Source: Saccostrea echinata
Taxonomy: Eukaryota
Assembly: GCF_033153115.1 (NCBI RefSeq)
Contig: NW_026889796.1
Coordinates: forward strand, 13,950,001-14,014,000
Length of the DNA: 64,000 nt
Direction of reading: 5' to 3'
Of this stretch, positions 1 to 12,679 are shown in pieces. Within the stretch, counting starts at the first letter, position 1; every line of letters begins with the position of its first letter. The notes under the pieces are model-generated. The model saw only the letters and a list, made by a program, of their open reading frames with translations, did no database searches and was not told the DNA's origin. The translations under genes and the position numbers were made by a program.

Positions 1-331
1 CTGGTCTTGGACCATTCTCAAATGGTAGACACAAAGTAAGAAACTCTTTCATTAAATTTGCAAAAACAGATAAGTGTTCTGGTGACAATGTTGATTTGTA
101 CACATGTCCTCTCCAAGCCACTTGTTTTACACGGTCAATCAATTTATAAAGAGGAATGTCATTTTGATCATAAATTATGCCCAATGCCTCTAAATCTGCT
201 TGTTGCCACCTGGATGTATTTTCCTTAAATGCATACAATGGTTCATCAGATGAAATTAAGTCAGATTTCCGTCTTTTGAATTTCGAAGCATTTCTTTCCT
301 CTGAGTCTGATACAGAACTAGACGGCATCAT
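1..331 (-). CDS. 5' part of an uncharacterised protein, open frame runs off the left edge (MMPSSSVSDSEERNASKFKRRKSDLISSDEPLYAFKENTSRWQQADLEALGIIYDQ...ENGPRP)
   Basis: Manual translation: ATG at 331, in-frame TAA just upstream (340-338), 110 codons with no stop to the window edge; NLS-like KFKRRK. Absent from the ORF track because the stop is outside the window. Confidence 0.6.
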   Translation of the reverse strand, partial: MMPSSSVSDSEERNASKFKRRKSDLISSDEPLYAFKENTSRWQQADLEALGIIYDQNDIPLYKLIDRVKQVAWRGHVYKSTLSPEHLSVFANLMKEFLTLCLPFENGPRP

Positions 332-1310
332 GAACAGTTACATGTTTTTCTTTCCGTTCTACTTTCATTTTCGCGCCATCGCACTCGGCTCACCTCGGAC
401 GATTACCCCTTGGTGTGTCCAATTGCTCATGGTACTTTTAGCACCGGGGTGTTTCAGCATTGTTTGGTGAAAACTAAAAAGGCGCTTGGATGATAAGGTT
501 GAGGCTATCTGGTACCGCTTGCAGGTTGGCAGACAGGAGTTATCTCTCCTTAAGTGCGCACGAGTTATCTCGCGTTACAACGGTGACGTACATGAATTTC
601 TACCCTCATTGAAAAGTTCAACCTAATTCGTTCTATTGAATTGTTTGTGTTTATCAATAAGAAAAATATGTAAAACGTAATAATTAAGTGAGAGAAAAAT
701 ATTGTTATCTAATTGGTGATCTTGGGAGCATATACTCATGTTGAGTAGCTTTCGCAGAAACTAAAGGGGGGGGGGGGGTAGTTATTGAATTTAAAAAGGT
801 TTTTTACGGAGCTGTGCCGTTTATTTATTTAATTATATNNNNNNNNNNNNNNNNNNNNNNNNNNNNNNNNNNNNNNNNNNNNNNNNNNNNNNNNNNNNNN
901 NNNNNNNNNNNNNNNNNNNNNNNNNNNNNNNNNNNNNNNNNNNNNNNNNNNNNNNNNNNNNNNNNNNNNNNNNNNNNNNNNNNNNNTATTGTTGTGCCCA
1001 AGAAGTTTTTAATTTACATTCCTAGAGAACACAGACCTGGCTGGGTCAATGGGGAGTTACAATTCCCAGACCAATAGACCAGATATCTATTCCCCCTCCC
1101 TACACATACAAACACACACAAAGACGTCCGGCCCAGTGACGTAGCATTGCTTTTGAGAGGGGGCAACCAGAAAAAAAATCAACTTATACGCGTAGACCTG
1201 AAAAAAAAAAACTTGACAAGCAAAAATAAAAGGAAATTGATTTATTTCATCTCTTTCTATATAATAATGGCGAAGAGTGCTTGTAAATGCACAGAATAAT
1301 GTAATGATAA

Positions 1311-1545
1311 GTTTGTTTGTTGTTTAACGTCCCTCTCGAGAATTTTTCACTCATAAGGAGACGCCATCATATGCCGGTGGAGAGCTGCAATTTTTGACCT
1401 TGGCACTGAGGGCCATTGAGCAGTGATGAATCTTTTTCGTGCCAGCACCTACTGCGACACGGGACCTCGGTTTATTCGTTCTCATCCAAAGGACAGGTCT
1501 CCACGTCCAACAGTGGTATTCGAATCCGCGACATAAGGATCAAGG
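1311..1545 (-). mobile_element. tRNA-derived SINE (Nin/Deu-like core) inside the left arm
   Basis: B-box-like GATTCGAATA, core GAGGTCCCGTGTCGCAGTAGGTG, tail GACGTTAAACAACAAAC; same family at 11065, 51778 and 52422. Confidence 0.75.
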
Positions 1546-1913
1546 GATAGCTATTTATTTTATTTCCTCATCAATTCGAACTTTTATGCGCAGTTACTGT
1601 AGCTGGATTACCATCGCCTCGAGTCATTACGGCCCGAAGTCTATACATTTTTGCCGTGGTTTTGCGACGATGCTGGATTTTTCTAATAATTCAAATGCAT
1701 TTTGAATTATTAAAGTTAATCAAAATTTTGCACTTTAAAAAATGAGAAGATTGTTTTAAGGAATGACAGCAATCAACTCCTCTTGCATTCAACTGTAAAT
1801 AAAAAAAATATGAAAACATCAAGAATTCAAAGAAAAACTGAATTTGAATTAAATATGATTTTAAACTTACAGAAAACAAACAAAGTGAGAGACAGTTGTG
1901 TCGTACAAAATGG

Positions 1914-3365
1914 TAGCTACCTACCTCTAACAGGTACCAGGTTATAAAGCTACCTAAATGTAACGGGTACCAGATATTAAAGCTACCTACCTCTAACACG
2001 TACCAGATTTTAAAGCTACCTACCTCTAACAGGTACCAGATTATAAAGCTACCTACCTCTAACAGGTACCAGATAATAAAGCTACCTACCTCTAACAGGC
2101 ACCAGATTATAAAGCTACCTACCTCTAACAGGTACAAGATTTTAAAGCTACCTACCTATAGCAGGTACCAGATTATATAGCTACCTACCTGTAACAGGTA
2201 CCAGATTATAAAGCTACCTATACCTCTAACAGGTACCAGATTATAAAGCTACCTACCTTTAACAGGTACCAGATTTTAAAGCTACCTACCTCTAACAGGT
2301 ACCAGATTATAAAGCTACCTACCTCTAACAGGTACCAGATAATAAAGCTACCTACCTCTAACAGGCACCAGCTTATAAAGCTACCTACCTCTAACAGGTA
2401 CCGGATTATAAAGCTACCTATCTCTAACAGGTACCAGATAATAAAGCTACCTACCTCTAACAGGTACCAGATAATAAAGCTTCCTATACCTCTAACAGGT
2501 ACCAGATTATAAAGCTACCTACCTGTAACAGGTACAAGATTTTAAAGCTACCTACCTGTAGCAGGTACCAGATTATAAAGCTACCTATCTGTAACAGGTA
2601 CCGGATTATAAAGCTACCTATCTCTAACAGGTACCAGATAATAAAGCTACCTTCCTCTAACAGGTACCAGATTATAAAGCTACCTACCTGTACCAGGCAT
2701 CAGATTTTAAAGCTACCTACCTGTAGCAGGTACCAGATTATATAGCTACCTACCCGTAACAGGTACCAGATTATAAAGCTACCTACCTATAACAGGTACC
2801 GGATTTTAAAGCTACCTACCTGTAACAGGTACCAGATTTTAAAGCTACCTACAGGTAGCAGGTACCAGATTATAAAGCTACCTACCTCTAACAGGTACCG
2901 GAATATAAAGCTACCTATTTCTAACAGGTACCAGATAATAAAGCTACCTACCTGTAACAGGTACCAGATAATAAAGCTACCTATACCTCTAACAGGCACC
3001 AGATTATAAAGCTACCTACCTGTAGCAGGTACCAGATTATAAAGCTACCTACCTCTAACAGGTACCGGATTATAAAGCTACCTATCTCTAACAGGTACCA
3101 GATAATAAAGCTACCTACCTCTAACAGGTACCAGATTATAAAGCTACCTACCTGTACCAGGCATCAGATTTTAAAGCTACCTACCTGTAGCAGGTACCAG
3201 ATTATATAGCTACCTACCTGTAACAGTTACCAGATTATAAAGCTACCTACCTGTAACAGGTACCAGATTTTAAAGCTACCTACCTGTAACAGGTACCAGA
3301 TTTTAAAGCTACCTACCTGTAGCAGGTACCAGATTTTTAAGTATTCACCTGTAACAGGCACTAGA
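1914..3365 (+). repeat. 33-bp tandem satellite array, ~44 units (AGGTACCAGATTATAAAGCTACCTACCTSTAAC)
   Basis: Unit spacing 2041->2074 = 33 bp; 11-aa periodicity in overlapping ORFs. Confidence 0.97.
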
Positions 3366-3431
3366 TCATGTTGCTTACGAATTATGTTGGAAACAGATAA
3401 TGAAATCGTTTAATTCTCGGGCAGTAGCTAA

Positions 3432-4418
3432 AGGATGAACTGCACTTAACGCTGTGATTTGGGTCTCTTTCGGTCGCTTCTATTGCATGTAAATCTTAAC
3501 GTAATTTCACTTTTATACATTTACACATACACTGCAAGTCTGTCAATTTTTCACCAGATTTAAATGTTAAAAATAATTTTAGACTGTAATACAATAAACT
3601 AATTCCATGTTTATTGTCCTAACTGTTTTCCAAATAAAGAGAATTTACACTTACCTGCCCTTGATTTTAACATTATGTATGCATGAGAGGTAGAGTTAAC
3701 ATCGTAAGAATGGGTTTAAAATTAGACTAGATGAATAACAATGACATGTATTAAAATAATAAGAGATCACTATTTTTCACCTCTCTATTTATTCTGTTTG
3801 ACACAATGACATTATACAAAGGATTAAAACGTAATTAACAATATAAGCACATCCATGTAGGAAACGTATTTTAAATTGAAGACTGACAAATTAACGTGTT
3901 CGAGCACAGTGTCCTAGTTAGCTCAAAACATGCTACCTATATGTCACGTGACGGAATTTAGTATTCACAGTTACCTGAAAAAAGATATCACGTGATGAAT
4001 TATAATATTCAACGTGTCACAGCCCTTGGTTACAACAGAGAGAGCGGGTGTAAGAAGAAGCAGTTTTTTCCTCTTTTAAACCATGAGCGCATGTTTGTCT
4101 ATAAATCTCATTTTAACACAACATTACTAATGCAAATATACAACTACTGTAAAAAGGAGAACAATAGACAAACATGCGCTGACTATGTATAAAGTCAGTA
4201 AAAAAGTGGGCGTCCTCATTATCGTACGGAGATTGAAGAAATGATGATCCCTGCTTTAGAAAACAGATTCTTAATTCGTTAATACATATTCTTTTATTTA
4301 TCGTAATTACGTAAAGTTGAAGGTTAGATGTTGATCATTCCTGCAATTAAAAGAAAAATGTCTGTTTTGAAAATTTATTTTGACACAAATTTTATATGTC
4401 CTTAAGTGCAGTCATCCT
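3432..4418. mobile_element. Non-autonomous TIR element, Kolobok-like AGG terminus
   Basis: AGGATGAACTGCACTTAA ... TTAAGTGCAGTCATCCT; TSD degenerate (CTAA / TTTT). Confidence 0.55.
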
Positions 4419-7400
4419 TTTTGTTTTTCAAGACATATAACTTTCACAACTTCTTCTACTTGTTACACTTGATTTAACTTTTAAATTAGTAATCTAACAC
4501 AGTTCTGAGAATTCATTTTGAGAAAGAATCAAATATATAATGAATCAATGTACAAATTACAATTATGAGTTCTTTTGAGCCGAAGGCTCGCATTGCTAAT
4601 GCAATGGACATTTGTGCGGTATGCGTCAACTTTTTGGAATATGGGCCATAACTTAAAAACCGCTCGTCCAATTTTTATCAATTTTGTCAAAGAGTATGTT
4701 TGGCTCAAGGGCTCTCATTTATACTAAAAACAGGGATGTGTCCCTTAAACAAATAAGGGGAGATAATTAGGAAAATAAAAACAAAAGGACTGGTTGATAA
4801 AAAATCTTCTTCTCAAGAACCACTGGCCAGATTATCACTAAACTTACATACATGATAAGGATATGTTGTGGATTAAAACTTGTTGAAGGTATCACCCTGG
4901 GACAAAGGGTGTGGTCTCAATAGAACTTCAAAGTTGACCAAAAATTATGTTTATTGAAACTTAGATAATATTTTGCTTACTATAAGTACGATTTTGTTGC
5001 TGTATACTCAATTGTTACTGTAACTCAATGTGTTTTTTTTGGTCACTTGAACATTTGATTTTTTCCTTCTTATTTCCTGCTCTTGTTTCACATCTTTTTA
5101 CATGCTATATATACATGCCAACGATTACACCTACTTACTTAACACACGGGGATCAGTCCATTGACATAATTATTATACCAATACTAAAGAATTTTAATCT
5201 AGAGGATATTGGATAACCGGAAATTAGTGTTCGAAGCAGAAATTAGCTCACTTGGCTAACGCTCAATCCATTCACAGCGATTTCTAAGGAAATATTCACA
5301 TCTAACAATCTAATTTTATATAGGGAAAATTCAGTTGAGGTATAATAATATTGTTTAAGAATCTTTTTCGTAATACAGTAATACACGCTCATACCTAACA
5401 CGTTTACAATGAATCGACGCTTACAGTGGAGTTCTTTTTATTTCCTCTGGCTTAACTATAGGCCTATACCATCAGGCTTGCATTATGGACTTAAAAAATA
5501 TAACGAATTATATTTATAAAGAAATAAAGTCATCGGTCACTAACACTACGTTATTAGCGGGTTTTACTGTATTGTGAATGTAGTTGATGTGTATATCGCA
5601 CAATCTCACAGACGTGTCTGTCTCGTAGATTATTTCTTGCAGGGCAATTGTGTTGGAAAATATTGTCGTCCTGTACATATTGCCACTGCAGATAATGTGT
5701 ACCTTAGCCCAGTGACCATATTGTCGTCCATCTAGCTGTATATATTGTCGCAGACTGCAAAATAATACATATGCTACAGCTTACTGAAAATTTGTCGCTC
5801 CAATTTATTTGGTGGTTTTTCAAATGAAATCATACAAACGTGTCTCGTAAACGATTTCAGACAGCGTGATTGAGATGGTACATTTTGTTTTCCTATACAT
5901 ATTTGTAGCCGGCGACAATATTTACCTACCCTCACTGCACATACATGTATTGCCGTCCATCGATACATATTGGCGTAAGATGCAAATCATAAAATGCATG
6001 TAAATATTGACGGGTCGACAAATGTGCCTACCCCACTGCATATATTGTCAACCAACTGTTAGAGTTCATGAATAATTCTTCGATTTGTTTGACTTACATG
6101 TAACAGTTACATTATTTTCAGTAATTTTTCAGGGAAATAACTTTTTACAAAATAATATAATAAGTTACGTATACCTACATTATCAATAGAGCCCTGTCCA
6201 GCAATAGATCCAGTGGCCAAAAAGTTTACAAATCTGGTAAAAACACCCTTACTCATTACAACTTTGTACCGGCTTTGTTTGGTCCCAAGATGAACAGGAG
6301 CAGAGAAACAGAATTTCAAGAAATTCATGCGTTTTTACTGTACATACATGTATAATCAATAGAGCCCGACTATCTTAGTAACAGAAACCCTGATCCATAA
6401 ATTTAACAATATTTGATGAGGCACCCTTGCTCTTCATAACTATGCACTTAGTTTTTTTATGCTAAATACCCAGGAGTAAAGAAGAGTCTCAAAGAATCAA
6501 ACATTCATTATAATATAACAGACAGACATAAAACAATTTATGAGTGACTCAGGTGACCTTGAATCAACGATGAAATATTGGCTTTATATAAATAAGATAT
6601 AAATTCGCCTTGCTGTATTTTCTAAGTTTTTTTCTATTATTTTCCCATGAAAATTTTACTCCCCTCTCATTCCCAACCCTACAAAAAGGAGTAATGGTGA
6701 ATGCGCAGTGCTGTCAGTTATATTACTGCTACTGATCTTGATATTATGAAATATTTTCCTGTTTTATTCTCATTTTAAATTTTTCATCTTATTGTGGACT
6801 CAACTTACCCTGTGGGCCATGTTATCATGTTATGAACGAATTGAATATGCACTACCTGAGGATTTTTTTTTATATTTATATGACTAATCCTGGCCCTGCT
6901 TCTCTTTAAAGCAAGATTTTTTAATTATAAATTTGATCCAATATAGCTTCCGAACCTATCCCTGATGACCAAAATTTGAACAACCTTGAAACAATACTAA
7001 CCTTACACATAAATTTTAACTTTTTGGCACAATGGCTTTTAAAAAGACTCAACCATATTTTCACTATTTTTGAATTGTTCCCCTTGAAAGAGTGTAGCCA
7101 TTCTTTGAGAAAAAAAATAATTCCAATCACTAAAGAATGGTTTATTTGAATTCGGCCAGGTGGCCTGGAGAACATTGAAAATGTAAATGGTTAACAGACA
7201 ACATACAGCATACAGACAGACAGGTAGACAAACACCGCACACTCTTGTATAAGCTCACTTGCGTTTTATGCTGATTTGAGAAAAAACTACATGTATATCA
7301 TTATATCAACCTGAACGAAATCGGGCGACATATTGTTGTTGCTAGACCTATAATTTTGTCCGTGAATATTCTTACAGATGACTATGAGAATTTTGATGAA

Positions 7401-7465
7401 ACTTCACAGATAATCACCGACTCTAAATGTGCTATTTAGGTTCACGACAGCAAAAAGGCACTAGC

Positions 7466-8330
7466 TTTTTTGTTTCCCGCTTTCGCAAAAGCGAGGGGAC
7501 ATTAGATCTCAGTCATCAGTCATTCTGTCACAAAAACTTTAACCTTGGTTATAACTTTTGGTTGAGAAAAGATAAGGCTTTCATATTACACATGTTCATT
7601 ACCTGTCATAATAGCTTTGCAAATATTACTATGGTTTTTGACCCGTGATCTTAAAGTTTGACCTAATTTTCATCATTTTTTTTCTTTGCTTATAATTTTG
7701 ATTGAGAAGAGATAGGGCTTTCATATTTTTAAACTTACCTACTTTTCTAAATTTGACCATTACTTTAAATTGATCATAAAATTTGAATGAGAAAAGATAG
7801 GGGTTCGATATTATGCATGTACATTATCAGTGACAAGACCTTACCAAATGAACTATCGTTTTTGACCCGTAACCTTGACCCGGAAGTTAAACCTACTTTT
7901 CCAAAAGTTTAATTTTTGCTTAAAATTTTTAATCGACAAAAGAATTTTATACCGGTATTTTACATATGCATTACCGGTGACAAGAAGTTTCCGAGCATGC
8001 TATGATTTTTCACCCTTTCACTTTGACCTTCATGTTTGACTTAATTTTGAAATATTTTAACTTTGATGAATACGTTTGAATGAGATGTGATAGGTAGTTC
8101 ATTTTTGACAAGTGCAATACCTGAAACAAATTGTTTCCTAATGAGCCATGTATTTGACCCCGTGACATTGACCTTAGTTTGATCTTATTTCAAACGTTTA
8201 AACAGTGCTGCTTACTTTTGAAAGAGCAAATGTCATAAATGTCATTTATATTTGACATGTGCATGACTTGTTTCAAGCCCTTTCGGATTGTATTATGATA
8301 TTTGACTTCAAGATGGTCTGATGTAATTTC
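7466..8330 (+). mobile_element. Helentron-derived non-autonomous element (HINE/pearl-like) with internal TGACCTT-rich repeats
   Basis: Terminal hairpin CCCGCTTTCGCAAAAGCGAGGGG, then AAAACTTTAACCTTG..ATAACTTT and repeated core; second copy at 27546-28130. Confidence 0.6.
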
Positions 8331-8339
8331 ATTATCAAG

Positions 8340-10730
8340 TACCTGTTAGAGAAAGGTAGCTCTATAATCTAGTACCTGTTACAGGAAGGTTGCTTTAATA
8401 TCTGGTGCCTTTTAGAGGTAGGTAGCTATATAATCTGATACCTGTTAGAGGTAGGTAGCTTTATAATCTGGTACCTGTTACAGGTAGGTAGCTTTAAAAT
8501 CCGGTACCTGTTACAGGTAGGTAGCTTTAAAATCTGATACCTGTTACAGGTAGGTAGCTTTAAAATCTGGTACCTGTTACAGGTAGGTTGCTTTAATATC
8601 TGGTACCTGTTACAGGTAGGTAGCTTTAATATCTGGTACCTGTTAGAGGTAGGTAGCTTTAATATCTGGTACCTGTTAGAGGTAAGTAGATAAATAATCT
8701 GGTACCTGCTACAGGCAGGTAGCTCTATAATCTAATACCTGTTACAGGTAGGTTGCTTTAATATCTGGTGCCTTTTAGAGGAAGGTAGCTATATAATCTG
8801 GTACCTGTTAGAGGTAGATATCTTTATTATCTGGTGCCTGCTACACGTAGGTACTTTATAATCTGGTACCTGTTAGAGGTAGGTAGCTTTAAAATCTGGT
8901 ACCTGTTCGAGGTAGGTAGCTTTAAAATCTGGTACCTGTTAGAGGTAGATATCTTTATAATCTGGTGCCTGCTACACGTAGGCACTTTATAATCTGGTAC
9001 CTGTTCGAGGTGGGTAGCTTTAAAATCTGGTACCTGTTACAGGTAGGTAGCTTTAAAATCTGGTACCTGTTACAGGTAGGTTGCTTTAATATCTGGTACC
9101 TGTTACAGGTAGGTAGATTTAATATCTGGTGCCTGTTAGAGGTAGGTAGCTTTAATATCTGGTACCTGTTAGAGGTAGGTAGATAAATAACCTGGTACCT
9201 GCTACATGCAGGTAGCTCTATAATCTAATACCTGTTACAGGTAGGTTGCTTTAATATCTGGTGCCTTTTAGAGGAAGGTAGCTATATAATCTGGTACCTG
9301 TTAGAGGTAGATATCTTTATTATCTGGTGCCTGCTACACGTAGGTACTTTATAATCTGGTACCTGTTAGAGGTAGGTAGCTTTAAAATCTGGTACCTGTT
9401 AGAGGTAGGTAGCTAAATAATCTGGTACCTGCTACAGGTAGGTAGTTATAATCTAGTACCTGCTACACGTAGGCACTTTATAATCTGGTACCTGTTCGAG
9501 GTGGGTAGCTTTAAAATCTGGTACCTGTTACAGGTAGGTAGCTTTAAGATCTGGTACCTGTTACAGGTAGGTTGCTTTAATATCAGGTACCTGTTAGAGG
9601 TAGGTTGCTTTAATATATGGTACCTGTTAGAGGTAGTTAACTTTAAAATCTGGTACCTGTTAGAGGTTGGAAGCGTTAAAATACGGTAACTGTTACAGGT
9701 AGGTAGCTTTAAAATCTGGTACCTGTTACAGGTAGGTTGCTTTAAAATCTGGTACCTGTTACAGGTAGGTTGCGTTAATATCTGGTACCTGTTAGAGGTA
9801 GGTAGCTTTAATATCTGGTACCTGTTAGAGGTAGGTAGCTTTAAAATCTGATACCTGTTACAGGTAGGATGCTTAAATATCTGTTACCTGTTAGAGGTAG
9901 GTATCTTTAATATCTGGTACCTGTTACAGGTAGGTTGCTTTAAAATCTGGTACCTGCTACAGGTAGGTAGTTATAATCTAGTACCTGTTAGAGGTAGGTA
10001 GCTTTAAAATCTGGTACCTTTTTAGAGGTAGGTAGCTTTAAAATCTGGTACCTGTTAGAGGAAGGTCGCTTTAATGTCTGGTACCTGTTACAGGTAGATT
10101 GCTTTAATATCTGGTACCTATTACAGGTAGGTTAGGTTGCTTTAATATCTGGTACCTGTTACAGGTAGGTTGCTTTAATATATGGTACCTATTACAGGTA
10201 GGTTAGGTTGCTTTAATATCTGGTACCTGTTACAGGTAGGTTAGGTTGCTTTAATATCTGGTACCTGTTACAGGTAGGTTGCTTTAATATATGGTACCTG
10301 TTACAGGTAGGTTGCTTTAAAATCTGGTACCTGTTACAGGTCTGTTGCTTTAAAATCTGGTACCTGTTAAAGGTAGGTAGCTTTATTATCTGGTACCTGT
10401 TACAGGTAGGTAGCTTTGAAATCTGGTACCTGTTAGAGGTAGGTAGTTTTATTATCTGGTACCTGTTACAGGTAGGTAGCTTTGAAATCTGGTACCTGTT
10501 AGAGGTAGGTAGCTTTATTATCTGGTACCTGTTACAGGTAGGTAGCATTAATATCTGGTACCTGTAACAGGTAGGTAGTTTGAATATGTGGTACTTGTAA
10601 GAGGTAAGTATCTTTAATACCTGGTACCTGTTACGGGTAGGTAGCTTTAATATCAGGTGCCTGTTACAGGTAGGTAGCTTCATTACTTTGTATCTGTTAG
10701 AGGTAGGAAGCACCTGTTTGAGGTAGGTAG
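8340..10730 (-). repeat. 33-bp tandem satellite array, ~72 units, inverted relative to 1914-3365
   Basis: Unit ATCTGGTACCTGTTASAGGTAGGTAGCTTTAWW is the reverse complement of the left-array unit. Confidence 0.97.
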
Positions 10731-11064
10731 CTTGTTTATTTCTAATATTGTATGACATAACTGTCTCTCTCTTTGTTTTCTGTAAGTTTAAAATTATATC
10801 TTATTCAAATTCAGTTGTTCATTGGATTCTTGATGTTTTCATATTTCTTTTAATTTACAGTTGAATGCAAGAGGAGTTGATTGCTGTTATGCCCTTAAAC
10901 AATCTTCTCATTTGTTAAAGTGCAAAATTTTGATTAACTTTAATAATTCAGAAAGCATCTGAATTATTTGATTCGGCAAAAATTTACAGACTTCGGACCT
11001 TGATGGCTCGAGGCGATGATAATCCAGCTATAAAAGTTTGAATTGAGGCGGGAATAAAATAAAT

Positions 11065-11295
11065 AGTTATCGCTTGATCCTTATGTCGCGGGTTCGAATC
11101 CCACTTGGGGACGTGGAGACCTGTCCTTTGGATGACACCGAATAAACAGAGGTCCCGTGCCGCAGTAGGTGCTGGCACGAAAAAAATTCATCACCGCTCA
11201 ATGGCCCTCAATGCCAAGGTCAAAAATTGCAGCGGCAAATGATGACGTCTCCGTATGAGTGAAAATTTTCGAGGTTAAACAACAGACAAACAAAC
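11065..11295 (+). mobile_element. tRNA-derived SINE inside the right arm (mirror of 1311-1545)
   Basis: B box GGTTCGAATCCC near 11091, same core and (CAAA)n tail. Confidence 0.8.
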
Positions 11296-12679
11296 TTATC
11301 ATTATTCTGTGCATCTACAAACACTCTTCACCATTAATGTATAGAGAGATACGAAATAAATCAGTTTCTTTTTATTTTTGCTTGTCAAATTTTTTTTTCA
11401 GGTATACGCGTATAAGTTGATTTTTTTTCCTTTGGCTGCCCCTTTGAAAAGCAATGCTACGTCACTGGGCCGGACGTCTTTGTGTGTTTGTATGTGTAGG
11501 GAGGGGGAATAGATATCTGGTCTATTGGTCTGGGAATTGTAACTCCTCATTGACCTAGCCAGGACTGTGTTCTCTAGGAATGTAAATTAAAAACTTCTTG
11601 GGCACAACAATACAGAAATTCCTTTAGAAGCAAAAAAGAAAAATATAACAATGAATTAATAAAAAATAAATAAATCCGTAGACTATTTTTGGGGGAAAGG
11701 GGGGCACAGCTTCGTAGGAAGCCTTTTTGAATTTAATATCATGTAATATTAAAATTATTGTGCCACCCCCCCCCCCCACCCCCTTGCAGTTTCTGCGAAA
11801 CACAACATGTGTATATGCTCCCAAGATCACCAATTAGATAACAATACTTTTTTCTCTCTTATTTATTACGTTTTGCATATTTGTCTTATTGATAAACATT
11901 AACAGTTTCATAGAAACGATGTAGGTGGAACTTTTGAATGAGGGTAGGAATTTATGTATGTCACCGTTGTAACGCGAGATAACTCGTACGCACTTATGGA
12001 GAGACAACTCCTGTCCGCCAACCTGCAAGCGGTACCAGATAGCCTCAACTAATGATGTTGATGGTAGATGGTGTACTTATGTTGTCAATATTATTTTTAA
12101 AGTTTAAAAACAATTATAAGAAATGAGATTTTTTTATCGATGATAATTTACAATATTATGTTATTATGTCTTGGAAAACATAAAGAATTTAATGACTATA
12201 AATAGTATTCCCCAATCAGAGAGATTAATCCAAAACTGGTCGTTCATTTGAAATTTCTTTGGGTGTAAAATTCACAGGTGCTTGAGGACAGGATCTTGAT
12301 GCCATCCTTCACGATCCCTGTTATATTTAGGTCTTCTTTCCCGCAGAGAGTTGCTTTTGCTCAATGTCCAACCAATAGATTCTAGTGCCAGAATATTTCG
12401 ATACTGGAGAGTCAACTTCTCGGAGGGTTCCACTAGAGCCTGCAGATAAATATAACTTGCTGATCAGTAAAGAATTGACTTGCTATGTGTATTTTAAATT
12501 ATGAAAACTAGGTTTTCTTTATCACTTTTATTTTATACAATTGTGTCATATGTACCTTTTGTTTTAATTTCCCCATGGGTAAAACATGAATACAAGAGTC
12601 GTAGAAATTCAGACAGTTTCTTTCTTAAATTCTTAGACTCCCACTTCTAGACAGTCCAGAATCTTCTCAATTTATAAAA

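Larger units (their letters stand above)
498..12049. mobile_element. Foldback-like element or inverted duplication: ~1.4 kb unique arm + 33-bp satellite array on each side, ~5 kb non-coding interior
   Basis: 498-1913 is the reverse complement of ~10740-12049 (GTTGAGGCTATCTGGTACCGCTTGCAGGTTGG... / ...CCAACCTGCAAGCGGTACCAGATAGCCTCAAC); similarity stops sharply at both outer ends. No TSD and no transposase ORF seen. Confidence 0.75.

Noticed and set aside
177-470. 97-aa plus-strand ORF
   Set aside because: Antisense shadow of the longer minus-strand frame at 1-331.
1914-10730. CRISPR-like array (palindromic ~33-bp repeats)
   Set aside because: Units are contiguous with no unique spacers, no cas genes, eukaryotic context.
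1691-10758. ORFs with 11-aa repeats (YLLEVGSFIIW, RYQIIKLPTSN)
   Set aside because: By-product of the 33-bp unit being a multiple of 3; open on both strands and broken freely by indels.
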